Assembly (NCBI GenBank): GCA_039545335.1
Contig: BCIN01000006.1
Location: forward strand, 620,001 to 684,000
Source of the DNA: Kondoa subrosea
Taxonomy: Eukaryota
DNA: 64,000 bases
Direction: 5' to 3'
How positions within the stretch are numbered: the first letter of the stretch is position 1; each line of letters opens with the position of its first letter. This document shows, one piece after another, positions 25,237 through 40,641 of the stretch. Position numbers and translations under genes: made by a program. A model generated the notes under the pieces. It saw only the letters and a program-made list of their open reading frames with translations. It made no database searches and was not told where the DNA came from.

Positions 25237-26805
25237 ATGTCTGGAGGCGTTGCGACTTTCCCTTTGCTAAGAACACCTGACCTACTGGCCTCTCTTACGG
25301 ACATTGGCTTGCAACATATCACAGCGGATGAAATTGACAGACCGACAGCTGGCAAAATCGTTCCTATCTATGCTTGGTTCTTGGGCGCTTTAACTCAATT
25401 GACTTTGGAAGATGTAATGGTTGCTGCTCAAGTTCGGCTGGACGAAATGGAAGATCAAGAGATTCACAGGGAGACAGTATACGTTGGTGCCTTATGGGCC
25501 GTTCTGTTCGTCTGACTATGCCCCGCTGCTCGTTATCAGCAAGCTGATTATTTGACAAAAGGAATCAAGTCATGCATTGGGCTTGTCTGGAAGATTTCTC
25601 AGTCAGGGATATCAGAGATCCTCAACCAGCTCGAGTTCGACGAGTCTTGTCTGCTTTACTCAATTTCTATCTCTTTGAACAAGATCAGATGCCGCGGCTG
25701 ATGAATCTCGAAGATCATGCTGAAGAAGTAGCAAAAACGGAACATGACATGGAAAGGAAACATGTTTCGTTACAAAGTGCTATAGAGAAACGACAGTAAG
25801 TCTTCCTTTGTACTCTCATTCCTTCTTTCGATATTGCATGCTGATGGTCCTTGTGTCGCTCCAGGGCGGAATTGGATAGTCAAGCCGAACAAGCCCTAGA
25901 AATCGAGAAATCCAACGCGTCCATGCGAGCTGTTTTACTCGAAAAACGAACAATAGCAGCCAATGCTGCCTCAAAGATAGAAGTAGACAAACGAGATCGA
26001 TCCAATTTGCAAATCAAACTTGAAACATTGCAAACTTCAATTTCAGCTCATGAAGTTGAAATCGCTCGATTGAGATCAAAGATCGTTCAATCACCTAATA
26101 GAGTCAAACAATCTTTGTTGGATTTGGGCAAAGCTGTGGCTCAAATGAAGGATGACATATTGGAGATTGAAGCCAAAGGAAGGGATTATCAATCTAGGAT
26201 ATCAGCTTTGAAGAAGTATGAAGTGGATATCAGTACTTTGATCAAGACGGTCGAAGAGTGGGAAGTTGAATTGGAGAAAGCTGCAGAAGAGTCAGAGAAG
26301 TTAGGCAAACTGACTGATGAGCGAGATGCGAGAAGTGAAGATTTGAAAGAACTGGAACTTTATGCTCAGCAACTCAACAGAAGGATTCAAGCTGCTATTG
26401 AACAAAGAGAAAGGCATGTCAAACAAGCTGAATCGAAGAAGGATAGCTTGCAGAAGCGTATGAGCGAAATGCAAGATACTCATGAAGCGCTCATGGCTCA
26501 AAGGCAAGATGTAGATGAAGAAGCTGCAAAGAGGCATCGAGCGATTGCTTTGAAAGAGCGAGAGGTATGTGCCCTCGCGTAGATACAGACCTATTCTTAT
26601 TTTGTGCTGCAGATCACCGATCTGGTCAAGGCTGCGGAAACTGATATAGCGCAGGGTGAAGCGGCGTACAGGGAACTCAAGATTGAAGTCTGTGAGTTCT
26701 TTTCACTTTTGATTGCATGCTTTTGGCTTAAGCTGTTCCAAAGTGGCATACTCTACGAAGCTAAACAAGGCTCTTGACGGTTTGAATGCTTACCTTGTGC
26801 AGTGA
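25237..26805 (+). CDS. NUF2: Kinetochore Ndc80 complex subunit Nuf2
   Basis: N-terminal FPLL; DFSVRDIRDPQPARVRRVLSALLNF; long coiled coil containing IVQSPNRVKQ. Confidence 0.85.
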
Positions 26806-27057
26806 AGTCATGTTGGTGTAGAGAGCAGTCTTACGTGTATTGAGAAGAAGGGAGTGTAAGACTTGTGTAAGATGTAAATGAAGAGGATGTAACATTTCAA
26901 ACATGAACAGACAAGCTCGAACGCGACGCTGGAGGAGGCGAGCGAGGAATAGAGAGAAACAACGAAACATTCCAATACGACAAGCTGCATACATTTGCGA
27001 CGAAAGAATGAAAACTACTATCAAAACCAAACCTTATTATACTGGTACATCCCACGC

Positions 27058-27996
27058 TTAGATCAAGAAGGCTCCGACGGCAACACCAACAAGACCAAGG
27101 GCTGCACCTTGAAGGGTGTTGGCACCTGAAGCAGGAGCAGAGGTGACACTGTCGAGTCATGTTAGCCTTTGTTGCTTATTTGTGACAGTTGCGTGAAACT
27201 TACGCGGCGGCGGCGGATGAGGCAGCAGAAGCAGCTGAAGAGGCGACACCACCAGCGCTTGTTGATCGGGATGACATAGCTTCCATGGCTAGTAGAGAAT
27301 GAGACGACCGAAAAAGGCAGAGTGGCAGCAAGCTTACATGATGATCTGGATTCAGCCATGGATGACATAGATGCAGCCATAGAGGAAGAGCTTGCAGCCA
27401 TAGAAGATGACATGCTGCTCCAAGATCAGAATAGTCAAACAGTTAACATAACAAACGCGTACGAAGCCATCATTGAAGATGAGCCAGCTCCAGTAGATGA
27501 AGCGGCGGCAGAAGCAAGGGTGATGCCCTGTGCCAAGCAGAGAGCATTGCCGACTGATTGAGCCTTTTGTTCATCACTGGGACGGGAAAAATCAGCGCAA
27601 AAGCAATGCATAGGCAGTCCGACTCACCTGGTGCTGCATCCACTGGTGGTTTGGATACAGGTAGCGACATTGCTATAATTCCCTGCATTAGCGGGTACTC
27701 GAGTTACGCGTGTATTTGTTGAACGCACGCTTGGTAAGTAGTGTCCTGGCACAAGCAATTGGTGTTGATTACTGAGCAGCCATTGGGACTAGCAGTAGTG
27801 GTGCTGCACCTGCGTGTCAGTATACTGCATTGAGATACCAAATGCGGGAACTTACAAGCAAGTAATTGCGCATGCTGCACACGCGTGTTAGTATACTATA
27901 AGCTTTTTCACGAGACGGGAACTTGCAAGGAATGTCGGCAATAGATTGACCGTAGGCAGTGGCTGCAAAGACGATAGCAAGAAGTGAGAAACGCAT
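27058..27996 (-). CDS. Secreted CFEM-domain, Ser/Ala-rich, probably GPI-anchored protein
   Basis: Spliced MRFSLLAIVFAATAYGQSIADIP|SCAITCL|CSTTTASPNGCSVINTNCLCQDTTYQA|NVATCIQTTSGCST|SDEQKAQSVGNALC; then SSMAASS repeats and a hydrophobic end AALGLVGVAVGAFLI*. First intron has a GC donor. Confidence 0.8.
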
Positions 27997-29467
27997 TGTG
28001 GCTGGTTTTGTTTGTTCTTTTGTACTGCATTATTCAGTTAGCCATCTCGCATCAAACGATTCTCAAAGAAGTACACACAATTCGAAAGAGTGATGAAGTA
28101 TCTGCGAAAGTAAAGATGAGTTATCCGTGTGGTTGAGGAAGAAGAGGAAGAAGCTGTTTCAACAACAAGTCCCTCTCCGGAAATAAGGCACAGAAATTAA
28201 GACGGGGCTCAGAAAAACAACACAACGGAAACTTAGTTTATGTGGAGAAGGTCTCAGGGCGATCGCTTCAACCGGCGATTCACATGCCATATAGGGATGC
28301 GACCACAACAGCTTGGAAGATGCAGATACATAGATATGGCATAGATGATTTTGAACCGAAATTTCGAAGTCGGAGAAGTCTGTGACCGGATGAGATTCAT
28401 TGCTTTTGTACAGGCATTTCATCTGGAAAATATAACGAAAACAACTTGAGTCGAAGAGCACGCTAAGTAAAAGCAACGCAAGATGGCAGAGTAGAAGTGG
28501 AAGAGCCTGGCGAGAAGAAAAAGTCAAGACGCAAGTCCTGTCTGTGTCTGAGAGCGATGTCATGAGGAGCTCATATGATATGCGACAATCTCATTCGCGA
28601 AATGTTTCATGGTCGGCTTGTGTAGCGCCAGCGAGCAGCGTCATCAATAGATATCAAAGCAGTCGAAGACCCGCCGTGTTTGGGCCAACCATGCGGAGAG
28701 TATCACGCAGGTAACGAAAAGTATAGGGCTGGCAGAAATGCGGCTGGTAGTCGATGAGAAAAATGCAACGAAATAGATCAGCTGCTAGGCTGACAAAGTA
28801 CTGCACTGAGTTCTCATCGAACTTTGCCGCATACTTGCGACATCTCCATTGTACAGCACTGAACAGAAAATAGCACAGCGCATACAGTACTCCAGGCAGT
28901 AATCGTTAGCTTAAAGCAAGCTGAATGTAATATGTTTGCTGAAACCACAGACGCGAGCTTTCACTTATTAGGCATCGCCATACGCAGAGAAGAGGACTTT
29001 GCACAACTGGTCCGCCGTCGATCACTTGCATAGAGCAATCCCTTGCGTTGATTGAATTCCGGCCCTGGGACCATCGAACTGCATCAAGTCCTGCTTGATT
29101 GTCCTAAGGCCGGAAGATGCACAGAGATCTTTGTCGCTTATACCACACAAGCTGTCATGACCATAAGCAAGGCATCCAATTCCAGTCCATTCGAAAGGCA
29201 TTTCGAACAGGAGATGAGTTGAGTAAAGCAGCTTTTTCAATCCAGCTTGACACGAGCACAACAGCGAGCAGGATGCTCTTGTTCGGGCGTTCCTTATTGG
29301 AGCATTCTGGACTTGATACAGTTTGAGGAAAAGAGCAGTCACTAGTCATCGTCAGGAGGTAAAGATCCAATCGGAGCCAAGGTGCAAACGGATTATTGAT
29401 GCTAAGTGTATACAATGACTGCAAGATTACCCTATACTATGCTAATATGATGTGAATAAAGATATAC

Positions 29468-31674
29468 CTATACATCCGGATCTGTTCTATTATCTTGTCT
29501 AGCGTGTTTGTGCAGAGCGACATAGCTCGGAGCTTGAGGTCGACACAGCGTAGCGATAAAATTGCCAAGCGGACCTCTCATGCCGAAAAGTGAACGATGT
29601 TCCTTCTGTTCTGCTTTTGGTCGAAGCTAGATCTCATGTTAGCATCTGCAATCGCTTCGCTAGGATTAGCTCACCATTTCTATAGTGGTTTTACCAAGCC
29701 AAACGAGCCTAGTAACAAAGCAGATTAGTCCATTCTAACTATTCGTCGGCCATACTTACCGCAAATGATATCCCAATAAACCGCAAAGCGGCAAAAGCAC
29801 AGCGAGAGCCAGTATCCCAATAACCAAAGCGCCGATCTCGTGCCATTCTTCCAGAACTCTTCCATTCGATCGATTTTTTGCGATGGTCACGAGGTGAGCA
29901 ATAGTGATGGCGAGAACGAAGAGAATGCAAAGGACGCCAGAAGTAACGAAAGCGAAGAAAGATGTGTAGTTCTGCTCAAAAAAGGTAAGCATAAACTTCC
30001 CATCACTTCATCTAGCCAACTAACCTTTGCTCCTATACAAGCTGCAGATTGTCTTAGCACCTCGAAGTAATAATACAAAAGCAAGCTGACTGTTTAGCCA
30101 AGAGCAATGATGGTCTGTCTTCTCGACTACAACTGGTTTCAGCATGATCTCGGCTCAGCGCGACATGTTACTTACCACAATTATTGCACAAGCGACAATG
30201 TGAAGTTCGGGGCGGTCGATACCTGTCACAATCATTCATCGCTATCACTCAACGTGAAGCGACAAATAGTACTGACGAGCCGCAAGTCTGACACCCTGTG
30301 ACAACATATCAGCACCATTCAAATCCCGTAACAGTTGGCACTCACATTTCGAGGTCACAATCCCATCTCTTACTCGAATATAACGACTTTTAGCTCTTTC
30401 TGACATTCCGTTGCCCATATCTTCTGGACTACCAGGTGCGCAGGCAATGAGTTCCGTGTCCGGTATATGAAGGTTTCTCGGTACTGTTTCTCAATCAAAT
30501 CAGCCCCGCGGTTAAGTGTAGACACTAAAACACCTCACTTATTCCTGGATCTGAAGTTGCTGTTTTCGCCATATTGATCCACATAATCTTTGGGGGAAAA
30601 AATAAGCACGCTCAAGGGCCAAATAGCAAATGTAAAACCTACAGTCATAACATAACAGAACAACGCCAATCCAACTTTGCCTCCCACTCCCAAGCCAAGC
30701 AGATACCCGACATTGAAAATCAAGAACCCAACGGCGATGACAAAAGGAACGATAATGGATGCCAAGAGCGGTAACATGGACTCAGACGAAGTGATGACAT
30801 GACCACGGAAAGCGAAGTTGTTGGATCCTTCGTGCAGAGTATAATTCCTAATCTTCTCTCCCTTTTCATTCAAGAGGTATTCTCCTTTGTAATACTGTTT
30901 CACTGGTACGGGTTGAATCTTCTCTTGAGTAGGTAGGATAGTTGAAGCTGGTCGAGGAGTTGCTGAAGAAATCAGGGAATTTGGTTTGCAAGTCGTCCCT
31001 CTTTCATCGATACTAGTGCCAAAAGAAGCATCCAGCAAAGGTTCTCTTGATGGCTTTATAGGTATATCTAGAGTCGTATGACCGTCCCGTGAAGATGCTG
31101 CAGATGTAGACATGGAATTCTCGAACTCCGTCGAGTGCCTTCTTGAGCGCAATTCAGTTTCAATTGATGCACGTCGATTGGTAATTGTAGTAGTTGGTGT
31201 TTCGTAGATAGATATAGCTGGACTATCATCTTCTCTGCCTTCGGGTTTTCGAGCGATAGAAGTGAAGGGAGAGCCAAGAGATAGTTTTGGCGATTGATTC
31301 AGCTTAGGTGTACTTGCAGTCGGAACGAAAGATCCACTTTCTGAGATAGTATTGACTGATCGAGGTGAGCCATAAGATCGTGACGAGAGAGAATTATTGC
31401 GGCTTAGGGGAGTGGAAGAGAAGGTAAGTGGGACTGGTGACGAGAAGGTAGTCGTCCCTCTACCAGCTATTGGACTACCCGCTGGATGAGGGCGTGTGAT
31501 AGAAGGGCTGGGCAAAGCAGAAGGCGTGGCAGGTCCTCTTGGAGGCGAAGAGGGCATGCTCGGAAGCGAAGGACTGTGCGGTATGCTTTCACTTCGCCGT
31601 TTATGTATAGTAATCTGGGTAGGCGGGCGATTGGACGGCAGCTCGACTACAGAAGCAGACATCTGGCCAGTCAT
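29468..31674 (-). CDS. DHHC palmitoyltransferase, ERF2-like, with long Ser/Pro-rich N terminus
   Basis: NYTLHEGSNNFAFRGHVITS; YRPPRTSHCRLCNNC; VEKTDHHCSWLN; NYTSFFAFV; GLLGYHL; KTTIE. Confidence 0.88.
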
Positions 31675-32198
31675 CTGGAATGCAGCGTCGCCCAGAGGAT
31701 CGAGCGAGCAGACTCAAAGATTTTGGAGAGCTCTCGCGTAGAGAAACGGATATCAACAGTAAAGCATCATGTTTGAGGGTATCTGGAGCAGCGATACACG
31801 TAGTCTGCACCTTCCAATTCGACGTAAGAAGACAAGCTCGAAATTGCGGCCGATCAAATACGACTCGTTCAAAATTGGCATTCTCTTCCCATTTCAGCCA
31901 TAGTCGACTACGACGCGCTCTGGTCGTATCTTCGCGTCAAGGTTTTCGGTTCCGATCACGTCACAGCGCAAGTTAAACTTCGAGACCGGTTTTGGGGTGT
32001 TGTAAAAAGCTTTTCCCTTCTTCTGGCTCGCAAGACTGGTTACACTGTGTTGGCCGCTTCCCATAGCAATCTGTAAGGCAGTCGCCGTTGCCCACAAGGG
32101 GATTCAATTCAAAATCAAGTAGTCTGCCGTGCCGCTTTCAGAAATCTCGGCCAAGCTATTAGATAGCATTCACAGGCTTATCATCGCGATCTGCAATA

Positions 32199-35100
32199 AT
32201 GGCACAGTCCAACAATCATTACTTGTCTCAATCTACCAGCCAGTATCCCTCGATCCTTTCCAATCCAGCGCAACAGTCTGCAAATGGCAATCCGCTGCCT
32301 TCTCCTGCTTTGTATGGCATGCAGCAACAACAGCAGCCTTCTATGTATGGCTCACCTGGATTCATGCCTCACAACCCAATGATGCAACAGCAATCGAATT
32401 TTCCTGCTTACGGCATGCCCCAATCGAATGATGCGTCTCTTTATTCTCCTATGCCTCAAGCTAGCACGTCTTCTCTGCCCATTCAATCGCCTACTGAAGA
32501 TTCTACAAGTCCGCAAACGTCGACCTCTAGCAAAAAGGGACCTAAAAAGCGCAAATCGACCAAAGACAAAACTGATGATGAAGATAATGACAAGGAGAAG
32601 AAGGATAAGAAGCCAAAGATCGGTCGAGCTTGTGATTCGTGCGTCTCCACGTGATCATGTTCTTTAAGTCCACACTAAAAAAGTCTTTGTCCAGATGTCG
32701 ACGCAAAAAGATCCGCTGTGATCCTATTCCAAATTCAGATCCACCGCTTTGTCGACACTGCGAGACGCATAAATTCGAATGTACTTGGGTGAGCACATTA
32801 CCTTCATCGCGTCTCTTGTTAATGTTGCTTTCAGTTTCTTCCCATCACTGAAACGCGATGGAAGAAGAGCGGTAAACCTGGAGCAACCCCAGCTGCCGCG
32901 CCTTCGCCAGATACTGATCCACCGCAAGATCAGAGAAGATCTTCTTATGGTTATTTACCCAATAACAACATGATGCAAATGAGTGGCCCATTCCCACCGC
33001 AGTCTTTACCGCCTGCTCAATCACCTTTTCCACCTTCTGGCATGATGACTCCTGCTTTACCTTCCATGTCACAGTACAACGCTTCTTTACCGCCTCCAAC
33101 GCCTTCCGATGCCCGATTACTTGGTCCAACAAGTATCAGTCACATGATGCATTCCACTAGCACTTTCCCTATTGAGAATATCTCTGCTTACAACAACAAG
33201 CATTCGCAAAGCTGGGACGTGAAAGAAACAGGTGATGGGTTCATCAAAGTCTTCCAAAACAAGGTGCATGCATCAGCGCTTCAATCCAGCCTCAACGGAT
33301 CAAGCTCTTCTGCAATGCCTCCGGTAATGACACCTATTTCAGCATCTACTATTGAATCCCTCGTCAATGCTTATCTCACATCACACGCACCTACCTTTCC
33401 TATTCTCTCTCGAGCTGATTTCTTAGTCACGAAACCTTTGGATCCTTTACTTCTTTGGAACATTTGTGGTGTAGCAGCAATGTCCCCTCAAGTACCCGAA
33501 TACGTCTTAAGAACAATCAAAATGAATATTGCTTTGGTAGCGAAAGAAGTTGATCAAACTGCCGTTTCCGAAATTCAGACCATTCAAGGTTTACTCATGT
33601 TTGCCCTTTCTGGTGAATTGGAACGCGGTATGATTGGAACCAAAGTTTGGAACTCGCTTGGATTGGCTATTCGGATGGCCCAGGATTTGGGATTGCATAG
33701 AGAAACACAAACTCCTGCTGAGAAAATGAAGAATCGACATCATGTTGAGATGAGGAGGAGAATCTGGGGTGGTTGTTTGATTGCTGATCGATGGATTAGC
33801 GCGATTGTGCGTTATTGCCTTTCTGTTAGCGTGATTTTGCTGAGCGCCGGCTGATAGTATGGATTGCCTATGATGATCGATCTCAGTGAGGATGCTATAA
33901 GGGTGTTTAGTATAATGACTGATTGCCCGGTTTCATCTTCACAGCTGACTGCGATCGACTCTACCCCTCGGTTCACGAGTTCTTACCGGATCAACCTGTC
34001 GGCAATGTCGATACAACTTCGCAACCGTACTTGATGACTTGCTCAATGATCGATCTGTCCATTCATCTTGGCAGCATATTGAAGCTGCTCTACAGTCCTT
34101 GTGAGTCAGATCTGCAGCTCAACCAACGATGTCTGAGCTGTCGAGCAGCGGGCATCATGGGACTGAAAGAAGAACAGCTATATGCTCTGCACGAGGGTCT
34201 TGACAAGTATGCTCCTGCGATGTTCGGCGTCTAGGATCGTGCTGAGCTCAGCTTTCCACAGTTGGCAAACTAATTTACCTGAACAGCTAACTTTCCAAGA
34301 TGCAGCTACATCAAGTATCGAAACTGGTAAGATGCATTATCAACTATCTTGAGCCGAATCTAACGATGATGCAGGCGTTCTTCATTTGTTGTGGATCCCC
34401 GTCAAATTCCTCTCCCTTCGACCTTTCATGCTCATGTCTTATTCTGCTGATCAAGTCAACTTTCACGTCACTGTTGGCCAATGGACTCTTCTTTGTCATC
34501 AAGCTCAGGCGGCTATCAATTTCGTTGAACGATATCCCCATACTATCGAAGCTTGGTTGCCAACCATGTACAGTCTATTCATGTGTGCTATGATTCAGGT
34601 ACGTGTGGCACTTGTGATGGCCTTGAGGATTCGCTCAATTTATGACTACTCACAGTATCACACCTACATTCGCCGCAGGGATGATCAAAACTTGCAATCT
34701 CTTCGGAAAGCTCGAGATCTACTCCGAAGAAGCTGTACTCCAGAAACTGTTGGTCGGAAGAAGGTCTGCGAAGTAGTCACCATTCTGGAACACACTGCTG
34801 TGTCTATGGCTGCTTTTCCCCCTCCTCCACAATCACCTTCACCCGAACCGCGAGGCATTAACCCAACGAGAGGTTCGCACCTCAGAGAAAAGGATCCAGA
34901 AAATGTCTGGGAGGCCAGTCGAGCTGACAGTGCGGCTTCGAATAAGAGCAATCCAACTTCGTCGACGCCAAGCCCAGCCACCAACAAGTCTATGAATCAG
35001 CTGCATCAACAGCAAGGTGGACCACCTCCTGAGACTACGCATCCATTCAATCAACATGCCAATCCTCCTCAATATGGACCAGAGCTGTCTGAAACGATGG

Positions 35101-35372
35101 GTCAATCGGGTGAAGATCCAAACAATGTCTTCACTTTCGCGCAAGCTCCTTTTACTGGACCTTCCATGCCTAGTGCTGTGATTGGACCTGAAGCTACGAG
35201 TGGTCAAAATCAACTAGAAACTTTCTTGCCTGCTTTAACTAGCGAACAAGGTAAGTCTGTTTGTGCAATTCGAATGTAAGTCTGATTGTCCCTGACTGTA
35301 ATAGATTGGTCGAGTTGGTTGCAGTGGATGGGAATGGGAGTACCGCAACCTCCTGCTGATCAACCTCAATGA
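32199..35372 (+). CDS. Zn(II)2Cys6 transcription factor with fungal-specific middle homology domain
   Basis: [71 protein letters not shown]. Confidence 0.92.
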
Positions 35373-35519
35373 AGAATCGTGTACTAAAGAATAGATGTGT
35401 ATGTAGAGTTGTTCATATGGTGTAATATAGTTATAGGGGACATGTACACACCGTATATATAGGAAGGCGATACTGACCTTATCAGATTTTGAGAACCCGG
35501 TCAACTGCATACAACGATC

Positions 35520-37735
<2,216 letters not shown>

Positions 37736-37933
37736 ATGCTCGTCTGAAGATTCTTCCGCAAATACTTTACTGTTCTCTGTACTGTACTTTGATGCTCGTG
37801 GTGCACGCATCAAGTGACACTACAATCAATATGATACAAAGTTAACAACCTGTATTACGTAATACCCTCATGCTGATGAAAAATGAGAAAATCTTTTTAG
37901 CAAGCCAAACGTCCAAACCAGAGACGACAGAGA

Positions 37934-40517
37934 ATGGGTCGTAAATCTGAACGAAAGCAAGGAGATCCTACTCCATTACCAGGATCTAGCAAAGGAGGTG
38001 GTGTAGCGAAAGAAAGCAAGCCAGCAATCAAAAAACGACGTTCAGGTGGAAAGAACAAACCTTTGATCAAAGATGTAGCGGAAATTGTGAAAGAGAAGAG
38101 ACAGAGTAAGAAAGGGAAAACTGTTGCTGCACCTAAATCTGTTGTCAAGAGCGTGGATCAAGAGGATATTGAGGGATTGGAAGAAGAAAATGATGAACTA
38201 GCTGCTAGTCGAGCGTGAGTCTTTGCTTGCTGTTACTGTGCGGTGGTCGTAAGGGCTGAAGAATATATGTACAGGGCTTACTTTGATGCTGCTGATTTGG
38301 AAGAAGATAATGCTGCAGGTGCAGAAGGTTTTGGGGATTTGGATGCTCTGATGGCAGCAGATGGGGAAGACGATCAAAGTGACAGCGGAGAAGAGGAAGA
38401 TGAATTCTTAGTCGAAGATGGTTTGGATGCTTTAGAAGGAGCAGAAGATGAACCATCATTGGAGGAGGAAGTTGATGAAGAAGCAGAAGTACCTGAGTAG
38501 GTCTCTTCAAGCTTTCTTTCGCACTCATACTCATCAGATTCGAAGAGCATCATCAAGCAAAACTGTCGTACAAGATGAAATTCTAGCTCTACCGCGCCTC
38601 AAGGGAGTAACAGCAAACGGAACTATGGCAACTGAGGATGAGGAACTGGATCCTGACGCTGACTTCGACGAGGGATCAGAACCTGATGATCTCAATCTCA
38701 ATCTTTTATCCAATACAGAAGAACAAGAGGGTCCCCCTTCAGTACAGGTTTGTCCTTTCCTTCCTTGATATTCGCACTTCAGCTTATCAATTTATTGCTA
38801 GCTCGTAAAAGCTAGAATGGCATCAGCAGTCAGAGCACTAAGTAATTGGAAACAACTTGGTCCTACTTTGAACGCTCAAGGGAAATCAAGATCAGACGTT
38901 TACGATCAATTCATCTCAGATGTATGCGAGTATTATGGCTACAACACTTTCTTGGCAGAGAAGCTTGTAGAGTTGTTTCCTATTGAAGAGGTCAGCACCT
39001 TGTTTGGTGAGACTCAGTTTGAAGCTGATTCCTACATCGTGGGGTTTTGACAGGCTGTGGCTTTCTTAGATGCTTCTGATACACCTAGACCTATCACTAT
39101 TCGAACGAATACACTACGGACGAGAAGGAGGGAATTAGCTCAAGCGCTTATCAATCGGTCAGTTGGACTTCGTCGAATCGCTAGTACTTGCTCATTAGAT
39201 ATACGACAGCGGCGTGAACCTTGAACCGATTGGTAAATGGAGTAAAGTCGGTCTACAAGTCTTTGAAAGTGGTGTACCAATAGGCAAGCGTCAAAGATGC
39301 AGCAGTCAGAATAGATCTGATCCTGCAACTTTGACCTGCAGGAGCTACACCAGAATATCTTGCTGGTCATTATATTTTACAATCCGCTTCTTCTTTCTTG
39401 CCTGTCATGGCACTAGCACCACAACCGAACGAGGTCAGTCGATCGCTTTGAACTTTCAGTTTTGGTTCTGATATCAGAGTTGTCGATTTGACAGCGAGTT
39501 CTCGACATGTCTGCTGCGCCAGGAGGTAAAACGACCTACATTTCTGCTCTACTACAAAATACTGGAACTGTTTTCGCCAACGATGCGAGCAAAACTCGAT
39601 CAAAGAGTTTAGCTGCAAATGTAGCTCGAATGGGATGCAAGTGTGTTCCTTTCTTGATCCTTAAGCTACTATGTGAGCTGATACAGATTGAATGTTACAG
39701 AAACGTCATCATTTGCAATTACGATGGAAGGGAATTTCCAAAAGTCATGGGTGGTTTCGATCGAGTTTTGTTGGATGCGCCATGTTCCGGAACAGGTGTG
39801 ATTAGTAAAGATCCAAGTGTTAAAATCAACAAGGTCAGTTCAACCTTCTCATTAGCTATCTCATTTGGCTAAAGCCAAGCGGCAAATTGACAGTGTGCTA
39901 GAGATTTCATTCTTCTATCTCATTTGCAAAAACAACTATTACTCTGCGCAATCGATTCCGTCAAACCTGGAGGACATGTAGTGTACTCTACTTGTTCAGT
40001 AACGGTAGATGAGAACGAAGCAGTCGTTTCCTATGCTTTGAGGAAAAGACCTCACGTGAAACTTGTTGAAACTGGGTTGGACTTTGGTAGAGAAGGATTC
40101 AAAAGTTTCAAAGGGAAAGATTTCGGTGATGATCTCAAGAAGACGAGAAGGTTCTTACCACACGTTGTCAACATGGAAGGATTCTTCTGCGCGAAACTAC
40201 ATGTTGGTAAACCAGCCAAAGGTTCGTCTTTGACGGCTGCATTGCTCGATTGCAAACTAAGCATATCGGCTTCTTTACCCAAAGCTATCCCGTCTGCTTC
40301 TACCACTGCGCAAAAAGATTCAATCGGAGAATCAATAGCTGAAGATCCGGAAATCGAAGAAGAACCTACAGTCACTTTCGATGCGAATCAAGATGCTGCT
40401 CTGATCGAAGCGGGTAGAATCAAGAAACTGAAGAGAAAAGGAATCAAAGTCGTTGATGAGGAGACTATCAAGGCGAAGAAACAGAAAAAGGCAGAGAAAG
40501 TTGCTAGGCAGCAGTAG
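37934..40517 (+). CDS. NOP2: 25S rRNA cytosine-C5 methyltransferase Nop2
   Basis: [89 protein letters not shown]. Confidence 0.95.
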
Positions 40518-40641
40518 GGATGTTTGGCTGTTTGTACTACTTTTGGAAAGCAGGTCTACTGGATTTGCTCGCTTGCAAGCGATCCCTTCTGCGACAACGT
40601 ACAAGCTATGACCATACCCTTTGTAGTGGTAGTCCTCGCTA

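Noticed and set aside
28100..29420. ORFs 28159, 29022, 29117 and 29155 in a long intergenic gap
   Set aside because: No motifs and overlapping antisense frames; most likely promoter region of the CFEM gene and ERF2 downstream sequence.
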